From contig JAVJSW010000031.1 of NCBI GenBank assembly GCA_040219255.1, forward strand, positions 1-64,000: 64,000 nt of DNA, given 5' to 3'. Made by a program: the position numbers and the translations under genes. The notes beneath the pieces are model-generated. The model saw only the letters and a list, made by a program, of their open reading frames with translations. It ran no database searches and had not been told where the DNA came from. This document shows positions 47,251-57,123 of this stretch, in pieces (position 1 is the first letter of the stretch; the number at the start of each line of letters is the position of its first letter). This DNA comes from Sumerlaeia bacterium (GTDB lineage: Bacteria > Sumerlaeota > Sumerlaeia > SLMS01 > JAHLLQ01).

Positions 47251-48795
47251 ATGAGCCAACCCAAAGCCCGCCTCCTGATCGCCGAAGACGAAGACCGCAT
47301 GCGGCGGTTGTTGGGGATGCTCCTCAGCAACGACAACTACGAACTCGACCTGGCCGCCAATGGCCAGGAAGCCCTTGAGAAGTTCGAAGCCCAGCAGCCG
47401 GATTTGCTCATCACCGATCTGCGCATGCCGCAGATGGACGGGAAGCAATTGATCGAGCAGGTGCGGCAGCGCGCCATGGACGTGCCGATCATTGTCATCA
47501 CGGCCTTTGGCAGTATCGAGAGTGCGGTCGAGGCGATGCAGGCGGGGGCGAACGATTATATCACCAAGCCTTTTGAGGAAGCCCGCATCAAGCTGGCCAT
47601 CACGCGGGCGCTGGAAACGCGCCAGTTGATGGTGGAAAATCGGGTTCTGCGTGGGGAGTTGCGCAGCAAATTCGCCTTCGACGCCATCGTGGCGGAGGAC
47701 GCGCGGACGCTGGCGGTTCTGGAGCAAGCCCGCCAGGTGGCGCCGACGAACACGACGGCGATGATCTATGGCGAATCGGGAACCGGCAAGGAATTGGTCA
47801 CGCGCGCCATCCACGAGTCGAGCACGCGGTCGCGCGGACCGTTCGTGGCGCTGAACTGCGCGGCGATTCCGGACAATCTGCTGGAAAGCGAACTCTTCGG
47901 CCACGAACGCGGGTCTTTCACCGGCGCCACGGAAGCCAAAAAGGGACGCTTCGAGATGGCTTCCGGCGGAACGCTGTTCCTCGACGAAATCGGCGAGATG
48001 GCGCTGGCGCTCCAGGCCAAGGTGCTGCGGGCACTTGAGACGCAGCAGTTCGAGCGGGTCGGCGGAACGCGGACCATTCAGACGGACATTCGCTTCATCG
48101 CGGCGACGAACAAGAATCTTCGGCAGAAGGTGGCCAAGGGAGAATTCCGCGACGACCTTTTCTATCGCCTCAACGTTTTCCCCATCGTGATTCCGCCGTT
48201 GCGGGAACGGCCCGACGACATCATTCCCCTAACCGAGCACTTTCTGACCCGCTTCGCCCGCGAAATGGGCAAGAAAGTGCCCGCGATCAGCCCGGACGCG
48301 GAAGCGATTCTCCTCAGCCATCTCTGGATGGGCAACGTGCGCGAGCTGCAGAACGTGATCGAGCGCGCCATGATCTTGATCCGCGGCGAAGAGCTGTTGC
48401 CCGAGCACCTGCACATCGACGCGCTGGAAGGCCTGGAGGCGATGGACCGCGCCACGGCTCAGTACGAGAAAGAAGGCCCCTCGCTGGGCCCGGCCCGGCG
48501 CCGGGCCGGTGAAGTTCCAGCGGTTGCGCCTTCGCCGGGTGCCGCCGTGGCGGAGGTGGACGCGGCCCCGCTGCCGCCTCCGCTCTCCTCGCGGTGGAAG
48601 CCGTTTCGCATTCCGGAGGTGGGCTTCGACCTGGAAACCTGCGAGAAGGAATTGATCGAGCAGGCCCTCGAGCGCACCAAGTACAACAAGACGGCGGCAG
48701 CGAAAATGCTCGGTCTGAGCCGCGCCACGCTGCGTTACCGGCTGGAAAAATACAACATTGGCCGCGATGAGAAAGAAGAGGATGGCGAGGAATGA
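47251..48795 (+). CDS. sigma54-dependent response regulator (NtrC/AtoC family)
   Basis: REC domain (DLRMP), GESGTGKE, GSFTGA, LFLDEIGE, Fis HTH. Confidence 0.95.
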   Translation: MSQPKARLLIAEDEDRMRRLLGMLLSNDNYELDLAANGQEALEKFEAQQPDLLITDLRMPQMDGKQLIEQVRQRAMDVPIIVITAFGSIESAVEAMQAGANDYITKPFEEARIKLAITRALETRQLMVENRVLRGELRSKFAFDAIVAEDARTLAVLEQARQVAPTNTTAMIYGESGTGKELVTRAIHESSTRSRGPFVALNCAAIPDNLLESELFGHERGSFTGATEAKKGRFEMASGGTLFLDEIGEMALALQAKVLRALETQQFERVGGTRTIQTDIRFIAATNKNLRQKVAKGEFRDDLFYRLNVFPIVIPPLRERPDDIIPLTEHFLTRFAREMGKKVPAISPDAEAILLSHLWMGNVRELQNVIERAMILIRGEELLPEHLHIDALEGLEAMDRATAQYEKEGPSLGPARRRAGEVPAVAPSPGAAVAEVDAAPLPPPLSSRWKPFRIPEVGFDLETCEKELIEQALERTKYNKTAAAKMLGLSRATLRYRLEKYNIGRDEKEEDGEE

Positions 48796-49250
48796 GCGCC
48801 CCACACCTAGCCATCGAAAGCGGCTCCTGGGAGGGCTCCCTGGGGGAGCGGGCGAAGGCGGTCCGGCTGACCGTTTTCGTGGAGGAGCAGGGCTATCCGC
48901 TGGATGGGGAACTGGACGAATTCGATCCGGTGGCCACGCATTTTCTCGCGCTTGACGCGGATGGCCAAGTGGTGGCGACAGGCCGGCTCTTCGCGGACCA
49001 GAGCGATCCGGAAGTCGCCCACATCGGACGCATGTCGGTGCGGCGCGAGGCTCGGGGGGCGGGGGTCGGCCGCCGTGTGCTCCTGGCGATGATCGAGGAG
49101 GCGCGGGCGCAAGGTTTCGCGCGGATCGTTCTGTCATCGCAGGAACCGGCCATCGGCTTCTACGAGCGGGCCGGATTCCGCCTGACGGCGCGGCCTTCCT
49201 ACATGGACGGCCACATTCCCCACCGCGACATGGAACTCTCCTTGCGGTGA
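48792..49250 (+). CDS. GNAT N-acetyltransferase (ElaA-like)
   Basis: VRLTVFVEEQ, IGRMSV..RGAGVG, FYERAGF. Confidence 0.88.
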   Translation: MSAPHLAIESGSWEGSLGERAKAVRLTVFVEEQGYPLDGELDEFDPVATHFLALDADGQVVATGRLFADQSDPEVAHIGRMSVRREARGAGVGRRVLLAMIEEARAQGFARIVLSSQEPAIGFYERAGFRLTARPSYMDGHIPHRDMELSLR

Positions 49251-49338
49251 CTTTGTCCAAGGGTCTTGCGGGAGAGCACGCCCGGAGGCAGGCTTTCGCT
49301 GTCCGATGCGCCAAAATTCTCCCGGGAAGGATAGAGAC

Positions 49339-50448
49339 ATGATTCGACACCTCTCTTTCGCCATCGCCGCCGCCATCGCGCTGTTCGCGCTGCCGAGCAC
49401 CAGCCTCGCGGGCGACTGGAGCTTTGGCTTTTCCTACAACTTCGGCAACGCGGGCTATACCGTGGTCAATCCCGTGTACGGCTGCGCCCCCACAGTTGTG
49501 CCTTACAGCCACGGCTATTCGGTTTACCGGCCGGTGTATTCCTACGCGCCGGTGTACACGGTGCCGGCGAGCCCGAGCTATTTCGCCGCGACCTACTATG
49601 CGGACTCGCGCCACGGACGGGGCTATCATGGCGCGTCGCGGGCCCGCGCCAGCGCGGTTCTCGGCTCGACCCCGGACTACGGCTATCGCGCGCCGCATAC
49701 CCGCTACGCGCCGGCAAACGCCAGCGTGGGCTTCGGCTATCGGGGCGATCGCTTTTCGTCCTACTATTCACGAACCGTGGTGCCGAATTACCGGACCGAG
49801 CGCCCCTCCTACCACAGTGCTCCCGCCAGTTCCTACTACGATCCCTACGACCGAATCCCAGACTACGACGATCACCTGAGGGGCGATTATCAGGAGTACG
49901 GGTATTATCAGGCCCGCAAACCGAAGCGGGACATCTACACCTATCGCGAGTCGCGCGATGGTTTGACGGTGGATCACCGGGCGACTTTCCGCAAGAATCG
50001 GCTGATCGGCCAGGAAACCACCGTGGACGACCGCCGGCCAGGCGGCGGCGAGTTGCAGCCGAACACCTACTACACGCGTGACGGGCGGCTGCGCTATCGG
50101 GACGCGGTGCGGACATCGGTAGAGGCGAATCGCTCGCAGACGGTTCGCGAGTCCAACGAGTTGCGCACCGTGGGGAACGATACCCGGATCGATGTCCTGA
50201 GACGGCAGGTTACCGATCCTTGGCAAGGCGCGCGCGAAGCGCGGTCGAACCGGCTGGGGGCGGAGTCGCGACTCGATTCCCGGGCTCCGACGCCCAGGGA
50301 AAGCAACACGGCGCGCGAACGAGTGGCTGAAATCGGCCAGCGTTCCTCGTCGTCGGGCATCACGCCTTCCCGGGTAACACCGAGCCGGATCGATCCGAAT
50401 CGCAACCAGGGTGCGTTTGGAAGAAGCGGCGCGGTCGCGAGGGATTGA
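49339..50448 (+). CDS. secreted Tyr/Arg-rich low-complexity protein
   Basis: Signal peptide (..STSLA|GD), Y-rich N-terminal half, R/S-rich C-terminal half. Confidence 0.7.
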   Translation: MIRHLSFAIAAAIALFALPSTSLAGDWSFGFSYNFGNAGYTVVNPVYGCAPTVVPYSHGYSVYRPVYSYAPVYTVPASPSYFAATYYADSRHGRGYHGASRARASAVLGSTPDYGYRAPHTRYAPANASVGFGYRGDRFSSYYSRTVVPNYRTERPSYHSAPASSYYDPYDRIPDYDDHLRGDYQEYGYYQARKPKRDIYTYRESRDGLTVDHRATFRKNRLIGQETTVDDRRPGGGELQPNTYYTRDGRLRYRDAVRTSVEANRSQTVRESNELRTVGNDTRIDVLRRQVTDPWQGAREARSNRLGAESRLDSRAPTPRESNTARERVAEIGQRSSSSGITPSRVTPSRIDPNRNQGAFGRSGAVARD

Positions 50449-50564
50449 TTTCTTGCTTGCAACTGAGAGAGAGATCGGATCAGATCCAAAAAGACTTCAG
50501 TGCGCCGGTGGTTGATCCGGCCGATTAACCCAAGCGTCTTTTTCAGACGCCCCGCCGCACAGTC

Positions 50565-50599
50565 AGGGGGCTACTTCGGTAGCCCCCTCCTCCATTTTT
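50565..50599 (+). terminator. hairpin, probable terminator
   Basis: AGGGGGCTAC-TTCG-GTAGCCCCCT, then cctccattttt. Confidence 0.65.
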
Positions 50600-50691
50600 A
50601 GAGCTTGCATCCGTTTGAAAAGGTTTCTATGACACGCGCTCATCGCTGCTCGTAAGCGATGCAATTTCAACCTCTGAAAGGCTTTTAGACC

Positions 50692-51951
50692 GTGCTATAT
50701 CACGACTCGCCTTTCTATCAGCAGGCCCTTCGCCAGCTCGATTCCGTCGCGGACCGCATCGATGTGGACCCCGGGGTCATCGAACGTCTCCGGTACCCGA
50801 AACGTACCGTTGTCGTCACGGTGCCGGTTCACATGGATAGCGGAGAAACCAAATTGTTTTTTGGATACCGGGTTCAACACTCGTTGACCTCCGGTCCCGG
50901 AAAGGGGGGATTGCGATTCGCGCCGGAAGTCAACGTGGGCGAAGTCGCAGCCCTCGCCATGATGATGTCCTGGAAGTGCGCGCTGGTCGGCTTGCCCTTT
51001 GGCGGTGCCAAGGGCGGCGTGAACTGCAATCCTCGAACGATGAGCAACAAGGAACTGGAGCGCTGCACCCGCCGCTTTACCCAGGAAGTGTTGCCTTTTA
51101 TCGGGCCCAACATCGACGTGATGGCCCCGGATATGGGCACGAATGAGCAGGTGATGGCCTGGATTTATGACACGTATTCGGCCCAGGTGGGTCACAACGT
51201 GCCGCAGATCGTGACCGGCAAGGGGATCGACATCCATGGCACACTGGGCCGGCGGGAAGCCACCGGCCGCGGCGTGGTGTATTGTATCGAAGAAGCGGCC
51301 CGTGCCATGGAACTGAAGCTCAGCGGTGCCACGGTCATCATCCAGGGCTTCGGAAACGTGGGCTCGGTGGCCGCAACGGAGTTGGCGATGCGCGGCTCGC
51401 TGATCAAAGGCGTGGCCGACATCAGCGGTTATTACCTTCGCAGCGGTGACAAGGGGTTCGACCCGCTGGACCTGATTTCCTACGTCGAGGCGAATCGGTC
51501 TCTGGAGGGCTATCCGAACGCGGACAAGGTCACGAAGGAGGAGTTCTTCGCGGCGGAGTGCGACATCATGATTCCGGCGGCTTTGGAGCGTCAGATCGAC
51601 GCGGACATCGCCAGGAAGCTGAAATGCCGCATCCTGGCGGAGGGAGCCAACGGGCCAGTGACGAACGAGGCGGACGCCGTGCTCGACGAGACAGACATCC
51701 TGGTCATTCCGGACATTCTCTGCAACGCTGGTGGCGTCATCGTGTCGTACTTCGAGTGGGTCCAGGACATTCAGATGTATTTCTGGTCGGCTCAGGAGGT
51801 GGACAACAAGCTCAACCAACTGATCCGGCGGGCGTTCCTCATGTGCCATCACTACATGGTCAACAATCAGTGCTCGATGCGAACGGCGGCGTTGACTCTC
51901 GGCGTGCGCGAAGTGGCCAAAGAGAAGCAGTTGCGGGGGCTTTATCCGTAG
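50692..51951 (+). CDS. gdhA: Glu/Leu/Phe/Val dehydrogenase (glutamate dehydrogenase)
   Basis: GPGKGGLRF, PFGGAKGG, APDMGT, QGFGNVG, NAGGVIVSYFEW. Confidence 0.93.
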   Translation: MLYHDSPFYQQALRQLDSVADRIDVDPGVIERLRYPKRTVVVTVPVHMDSGETKLFFGYRVQHSLTSGPGKGGLRFAPEVNVGEVAALAMMMSWKCALVGLPFGGAKGGVNCNPRTMSNKELERCTRRFTQEVLPFIGPNIDVMAPDMGTNEQVMAWIYDTYSAQVGHNVPQIVTGKGIDIHGTLGRREATGRGVVYCIEEAARAMELKLSGATVIIQGFGNVGSVAATELAMRGSLIKGVADISGYYLRSGDKGFDPLDLISYVEANRSLEGYPNADKVTKEEFFAAECDIMIPAALERQIDADIARKLKCRILAEGANGPVTNEADAVLDETDILVIPDILCNAGGVIVSYFEWVQDIQMYFWSAQEVDNKLNQLIRRAFLMCHHYMVNNQCSMRTAALTLGVREVAKEKQLRGLYP

Positions 51952-51957
51952 CGCGCG

Positions 51958-52353
51958 TCAGATTCCCAGGAAGTCGGAAAAGCGCGGGATCTCCTCGTGC
52001 TTGGTGCAATAGACGGTCTCGCCGACGAAATAGTAGGTTCCGTCGGCGGGACATTTGGCCGAGCGCGAGATGAGATTCTGCATCCGATCGGTCGTCATGG
52101 GCCCATCCATTTGGGCCATGAGAACGTTGCTGGCGAGGGAGCGTCGGTTTGCCGTGCAGACCTGGCTCTTGGTGCGGTCGAGGCGCTGGATCTGCCAGGG
52201 CACGGCGCCCGCGCCGCCTGGTCCGCCGGCGCCGGGCCCAAAGTAAATCCCCATCAGGATGAAGATGATCACCAGCGACATGAGCAGCGACAAGATCGCG
52301 GCGCCACGATTGCGGTGTCGGGATGGGGCAAGGCTGTTGCGTCGGGCGGTCAT
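51958..52353 (-). CDS. small pilin-like protein
   Basis: Basic leader RHRNRG|AAILSLLMSLVIIFILM and C-terminal CPADGTY..VYCTKH. Confidence 0.65.
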   Translation of the reverse strand: MTARRNSLAPSRHRNRGAAILSLLMSLVIIFILMGIYFGPGAGGPGGAGAVPWQIQRLDRTKSQVCTANRRSLASNVLMAQMDGPMTTDRMQNLISRSAKCPADGTYYFVGETVYCTKHEEIPRFSDFLGI

Positions 52354-52482
52354 CGGGGGCAGCGTTTCTCGCCAAGAGCTTTCCTGAAACGGCATGTCCA
52401 GGCGCGTCGGGATGACTTCAGGAAAGCCCACCATCCCGAGTTTGTCACGCGCAAATTCAGCCCGAAAGAAAGGTGACTCTCC

Positions 52483-52746
52483 ATGGACGATCCGGCATCC
52501 GTCCCCGCCGCCACGCTCGACATCACGCTTGATTTGTGTCCCATGACCTTTGTAAAGACGAAGCTGGAACTGGAGGATTTGCGCCCGGGAGAGGTGCTGG
52601 AGGTGTTCCTGCGCCAGGGCGAACCGCTGGAGAACGTGACGCGGTCGTCCGAAGAAGAGGGTCATCGGGTGCTGACAAAGGACCCCGCCCTGGAGCGGGG
52701 CGCGGGCATCTGGCGTTTGACGATTCGATGCGGAGGGGAGGGCTAA
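52483..52746 (+). CDS. TusA/SirA-family sulfurtransferase
   Basis: LDITLDLCPMTFVKTKLELE..GEVLEV. Confidence 0.88.
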   Translation: MDDPASVPAATLDITLDLCPMTFVKTKLELEDLRPGEVLEVFLRQGEPLENVTRSSEEEGHRVLTKDPALERGAGIWRLTIRCGGEG

Positions 52747-52749
52747 GCC

Positions 52750-53580
52750 GTGGCCGTGAAGGACTTCACGCCGGAGCAACTGGATCGCTACGCGCGCCAC
52801 ATCGTGCTGCCGAAGGTGGGGGGCAAGGGACAGAAGAAGCTGCTCGATTCGCGGGTCTTCGTGATTGGCGCGGGCGGTTTGGGCAGCCCGATTCTGCTCT
52901 ACCTGGCCGCCGCCGGGGTCGGGACCCTTGAAATCGCCGATATGGACCGGGTGGATCGCAGCAACCTGCAACGGCAGATCATCCACCGCTCTTCGACGAT
53001 CGGGGAGAGCAAGATCGAGAGCGCCCGTGCGGCCATCGCCGACCTGAATCCGGACGTGAAAGTCGTCGCCCACGAGCGGCGCGTGACCGCGCGCAACGCG
53101 ATGGAACTGCTTGCCAATGCGGACGTGATTGTGGAGGGCAGCGACAATTTTCCGACCCGCTATGCGGTCGCGGATGCCGCGTTCTTATTGCGAAAGCCGC
53201 TTGTGTCGGGCGCGATGTTCCGGTTCGAGGGTCAAGTCACCGTCTTTCCGAACGATGGGGGAGAGGACTCGCCGTGTTATCGGTGCCTCTTTCCCGAACC
53301 GCCGCCGGCTGGCGCGGTGGCGAGTTGTCAGGAAGCGGGTATTTTTGGCGCGGTGCCGGGCGTGATCGGATCCATTCAGGCGACGGAAACGATCAAGGTG
53401 CTGCTTGGCATTGGCGAGCCCTTGATCGGCCGGTTGCTGCTTTTCGACGCGCTGGCGATGAGTTTCCGGAGCGTGAAAGTGCGCCGGAATCCCAAGTGCG
53501 CGCTCAATGGCGACCGGCCAACGATCACGCAGCCGCAGGAGATGGAGTTGACGGGTGAGGGTGAGGGCTGCCGGGCCTAG
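52750..53580 (+). CDS. moeB: MoeB/ThiF adenylyltransferase
   Basis: RYARHIVL, GAGGLG, SNLQRQ, CYRC. Confidence 0.9.
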   Translation: MAVKDFTPEQLDRYARHIVLPKVGGKGQKKLLDSRVFVIGAGGLGSPILLYLAAAGVGTLEIADMDRVDRSNLQRQIIHRSSTIGESKIESARAAIADLNPDVKVVAHERRVTARNAMELLANADVIVEGSDNFPTRYAVADAAFLLRKPLVSGAMFRFEGQVTVFPNDGGEDSPCYRCLFPEPPPAGAVASCQEAGIFGAVPGVIGSIQATETIKVLLGIGEPLIGRLLLFDALAMSFRSVKVRRNPKCALNGDRPTITQPQEMELTGEGEGCRA

Positions 53581-53624
53581 GCCGTTGCCAGCCAGAATGC
53601 GGGACAACTGGCGCCGGGCACCTC

Positions 53625-55418
53625 TTAGTCGAAGTTGGCCTTCTTGAACTTCTTGGGGCCCTTTTTGCCGTCTTTGTCCAACTTGCCTTTACCTTTTGGT
53701 TTGGCTTTGAAGGAACCGGCGGGGGCGTTGGCGTCCAGCGAGATGCGAAGCGGCTTACCGGCGACGCGGGTGTTCTTCAGGAGGGCGAAGACATCCGCCG
53801 GCATGCCTTCCGGCAAATCCACCGTGCTGTGGTCGTCGTAGATTTCGATGCGGCCAATGTGCGAGCCACTGAGGCCCGATTCGTTGGCGATGGCGCCCAC
53901 GATGGCGGCGGGTTTGACTCCCTGGTTGTAGCCCACTTCGAGACGGTAGCGCTCCTTGCCTTCTTCGACCCCCTCGACTTCGGAGGGGTCTTTCGAGCGC
54001 GGCTCGCGGCGGGTGCGGCCTTCGCGCGGGGCGCGGTCGTATTTGTCGAACTTGTTGCCATAGTTCGACGCGGGTTCGGGGGCCGGGGCGTTCTTGTCGA
54101 GCAGGAACGGAGTTTCGCCCTGGAGGAGTTTGGCCAGCGCGGAAGCGATTTCGATGGCCGGGATGTTGTGCTCCTGGCGGAGTTCCTCGACGATCTGCAT
54201 ATAGAAGCCGAGGTCCTCGACGGCCAGCGTGTCGGCGATGCGCTGCTTGAACTTGGCGATGCGGGCGTCGTTGATCGAGTGAATGGAGGGTAACTGCATC
54301 AGCTCGATCTTCTGGTTAGTGGCTCGCTCGATCGAGAGAAGCAGGCGCCGCTCGCGGGGCGCGACGAAGAGAATGGCCTCGCCGGTGCGGCCCGCGCGGC
54401 CGGTGCGGCCGGTGCGGTGGATGTAGGACTCGGTGTCGTGGGGAATGTCGTAGTTGATGACGTGGGTGATGCGCTGGACGTCGAGTCCGCGGGCGGCGAC
54501 GTCGGTGGCGACGAGGATGTCGAGTTCACCGTTGCGGAGCCTGTCGACGGTTTGCTCGCGCAGGTTCTGGGCGATGTCGCCATTGAGGGCGGCAGCGGCG
54601 AAGCCTCGGGCTTCGAGGCGGCTCACGAGATCGAGGGTGGCACTCTTGGTGCGCACGAAGACCAGCATGGCGTCGAAGTCTTCGCCCTCGAGGATGCGCG
54701 TCAGCGCGTCGAGTTTATGGACGCCGCTGACCATCCAGTAGCGTTGATTGATGGTCGCGGCGGTCGAGGTCTTGGATTTGATGGTGATTTCGACGGGATT
54801 TTTGAGGTGGCGCTTGGCGATGCGCCGGATGGGCTCCGACATGGTGGCGGAGAAGAGGAGGACCTGACGCTCGGGCGGGGTTTGCTCCAGGATCCATTCG
54901 ACTTCATCGAGGAATCCCATGCGCAGCATTTCGTCCGCTTCATCGAGGACGAGGCACTTGAGCTTGCTCAAGTCCAGCGTTCGGCGACGCAGGTGGTCGG
55001 AGAGGCGGCCTGGTGTGGCGACAATGACGTGGGTGCCGCGCTTGAGTTGGCGCAACTGGCCGCCATAGCCCGACCCGCCATAGATGGGCAGGACGTGGAA
55101 GTCCTTGAGTCGGCTGGCGTAGCGCTGGAAAGCCTCGGCGACCTGGATGGCGAGTTCGCGGGTCGGGACGAGAACCAGAACTTGCGGTTCGGTCTGGCGC
55201 AGGTCGATGCGCGAGAGGATCGGCAGGGCGAAGGCGCCTGTCTTGCCAGTGCCGGTTTGGGCCTGTCCGACGAGGTCGCGGCCCTCCAGAATGGGAGGAA
55301 TGGTCTGGGCCTGGATGGAGGACGGCGATTCGTAGCCGATTTCGTCGAGGCCTCGCAGCACAGGTTCTGAAAGACCGAGTTCGTCGAAACCCGGCGTGAT
55401 CGTTTGAATGTCTGACAT
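53625..55418 (-). CDS. deaD: DEAD-box RNA helicase DeaD/CsdA
   Basis: AQTGTGKT, LDEADEM, SAT, HRTGRTGRAG and a DbpA RNA-binding domain. Confidence 0.95.
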   Translation of the reverse strand: MSDIQTITPGFDELGLSEPVLRGLDEIGYESPSSIQAQTIPPILEGRDLVGQAQTGTGKTGAFALPILSRIDLRQTEPQVLVLVPTRELAIQVAEAFQRYASRLKDFHVLPIYGGSGYGGQLRQLKRGTHVIVATPGRLSDHLRRRTLDLSKLKCLVLDEADEMLRMGFLDEVEWILEQTPPERQVLLFSATMSEPIRRIAKRHLKNPVEITIKSKTSTAATINQRYWMVSGVHKLDALTRILEGEDFDAMLVFVRTKSATLDLVSRLEARGFAAAALNGDIAQNLREQTVDRLRNGELDILVATDVAARGLDVQRITHVINYDIPHDTESYIHRTGRTGRAGRTGEAILFVAPRERRLLLSIERATNQKIELMQLPSIHSINDARIAKFKQRIADTLAVEDLGFYMQIVEELRQEHNIPAIEIASALAKLLQGETPFLLDKNAPAPEPASNYGNKFDKYDRAPREGRTRREPRSKDPSEVEGVEEGKERYRLEVGYNQGVKPAAIVGAIANESGLSGSHIGRIEIYDDHSTVDLPEGMPADVFALLKNTRVAGKPLRISLDANAPAGSFKAKPKGKGKLDKDGKKGPKKFKKANFD

Positions 55419-55577
55419 GAATACCTTTATGGATCGTGGTCCGTGGAGAAAAAGGGAAGCCGAGGGGGCTTCCTCTGGATGACTGGGGAGCCGCCAGCGG
55501 GGGCGGCCTGGGAACGTGGGAGGAGAAGTTTCCGGTCACGCACCACCAGCAAACTCGAATCCACGCGCACACATCAC

Positions 55578-55602
55578 AAAGCCCCGCGCAAGGCGGGGCT
55601 TT
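55578..55602. terminator. hairpin between the exoprotein gene and deaD
   Basis: AAAGCCCCGC-gcaag-GCGGGGCTTT. Confidence 0.55.
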
Positions 55603-55691
55603 GGACGAGGGAGTAGAGGACTTGGACGCCCGTCTGGCAAGGGGGAAATGCGGGCCGACGGTAAAAAAAGATAAAATGCGGCGGGGTGGCG

Positions 55692-57080
55692 TTAGTTGGC
55701 GGAGTTGAAGGTCACCTTCCTGCCCGAGTCCGTGATGTAGGTGACGCGGTCGCCGGGGCCGCCGAGGATGGATTCGCGTTCGATTCGGGTGGCGACTTCC
55801 CCGTCGATCAGGATGCGCGAGTCGTTTTCCGAATAGTGGTTTGCCACTTGAACGGCGCCCTTGGTGGAGACGGGTGTGGAGAGCACGGCGATCATGGTGC
55901 CGTTTCCGGCGTCCATGGTGATCTGGGCGACGGCGGTCGAGAGGGCGTTCGAACCCGCGAGGGGAGCGGTGTCGGCTTCGATGATGCGACCGCCCTCGCC
56001 GGCGTAGTTGAGCCGGATGGTGGCGGACTGACCGGGCGTGACGTTCTCGGCGGTGACTTCGATTTCGACCGGGTTGCTGATGCCAGAGGGAATCACGACA
56101 TCGGGCGAGTCCGGATTGGCGCCCGCATCGGCGGGCACATCGACGCCGCCGACCTTGGATATGCGCAGCGTACCGAGGCCGGTGCCATCGGCGAAGACAA
56201 GGCCGGGGAGGCTGTTGTAAACGCGGCCGGAGGGATTGCCGAAGTTGCTGCTGAGGTTGAAGGTTTCCAGGCGAATGATGCCGTCGTCGCTGCGGGTTGT
56301 GTTGGTCGGGCCGAAACTGCCTTGACTATTTCCCGACACGTCGATGGTGCCGCTGGCTTGGATGCGTGAGGCGATGATGCGGACGGAACCGCCGCTGCCG
56401 GGGCCGCCGGAGAAATTGGTGGTTCCGGACGAATCGCCGCCGCGGCCGCCGCTGGCGTCGATCACGGCGTTGCCGCCCTGGCTGTAGGTGCCGCTGACGG
56501 CGATGGTGAGGGCACCACCACCGCCGCCGCCGGCCCCTCCATCCTCGGTGGGGGCGGTGCCGCCGCCACCGCCCGAGCCGCCGATCTGGGGCACCAGGGA
56601 GGGCTTCATGTAAGTGTTCCGGCCCCCTGCCGAGCCCACTTCCGTTTCCTCGGTTCGGGCCGTGCCGCCTCCGGGCCCTAGTCCGGCGCCTGCAGGGAAG
56701 ATTGAGCCGGCGGCTCGACCCGCCGCACCTCCGGCCCAGCCGCCGGGACCGCCCTGGCCGGGCATTTCCCGGATCGCGTCTTTGCCCTCCATCGCGATGC
56801 GGCCATTCAGGACAAAGTCGTCTTGAACCAGAATCACCAGAGGCGTGTTGTTCTCGTTCGCCTCGACTTGCAGAACACTGTTGGCATCGATCGTGACCGA
56901 ACTGAAATTGTAAATGCCGTCGGGTTTATTGTCCATGTTGAGGATGAAGGTTTCACCGGAGGCAACGGTCAGTTCGCCGTCCGAGCCGTCGGAGCCGCTG
57001 TCGAAATGTATTTCCTGCGCCTGGGCGGGCAACGCGAAGAGCGCGACGAGGGCGAAGACGGCGGAGAGTCTGAGAACCAT
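55692..57080 (-). CDS. secreted Gly-rich uncharacterised protein
   Basis: AAGGAG RBS, signal peptide AQA|Q, FDSGSDGSDG, GGSGGGGG/GGGGGG blocks, Ig-like C-terminus. Confidence 0.8.
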   Translation of the reverse strand: MVLRLSAVFALVALFALPAQAQEIHFDSGSDGSDGELTVASGETFILNMDNKPDGIYNFSSVTIDANSVLQVEANENNTPLVILVQDDFVLNGRIAMEGKDAIREMPGQGGPGGWAGGAAGRAAGSIFPAGAGLGPGGGTARTEETEVGSAGGRNTYMKPSLVPQIGGSGGGGGTAPTEDGGAGGGGGGALTIAVSGTYSQGGNAVIDASGGRGGDSSGTTNFSGGPGSGGSVRIIASRIQASGTIDVSGNSQGSFGPTNTTRSDDGIIRLETFNLSSNFGNPSGRVYNSLPGLVFADGTGLGTLRISKVGGVDVPADAGANPDSPDVVIPSGISNPVEIEVTAENVTPGQSATIRLNYAGEGGRIIEADTAPLAGSNALSTAVAQITMDAGNGTMIAVLSTPVSTKGAVQVANHYSENDSRILIDGEVATRIERESILGGPGDRVTYITDSGRKVTFNSAN

Positions 57081-57123
57081 GGTGAACTCCTTGGGGGTCC
57101 GAATGGGATGAAGAGGCATTGGA

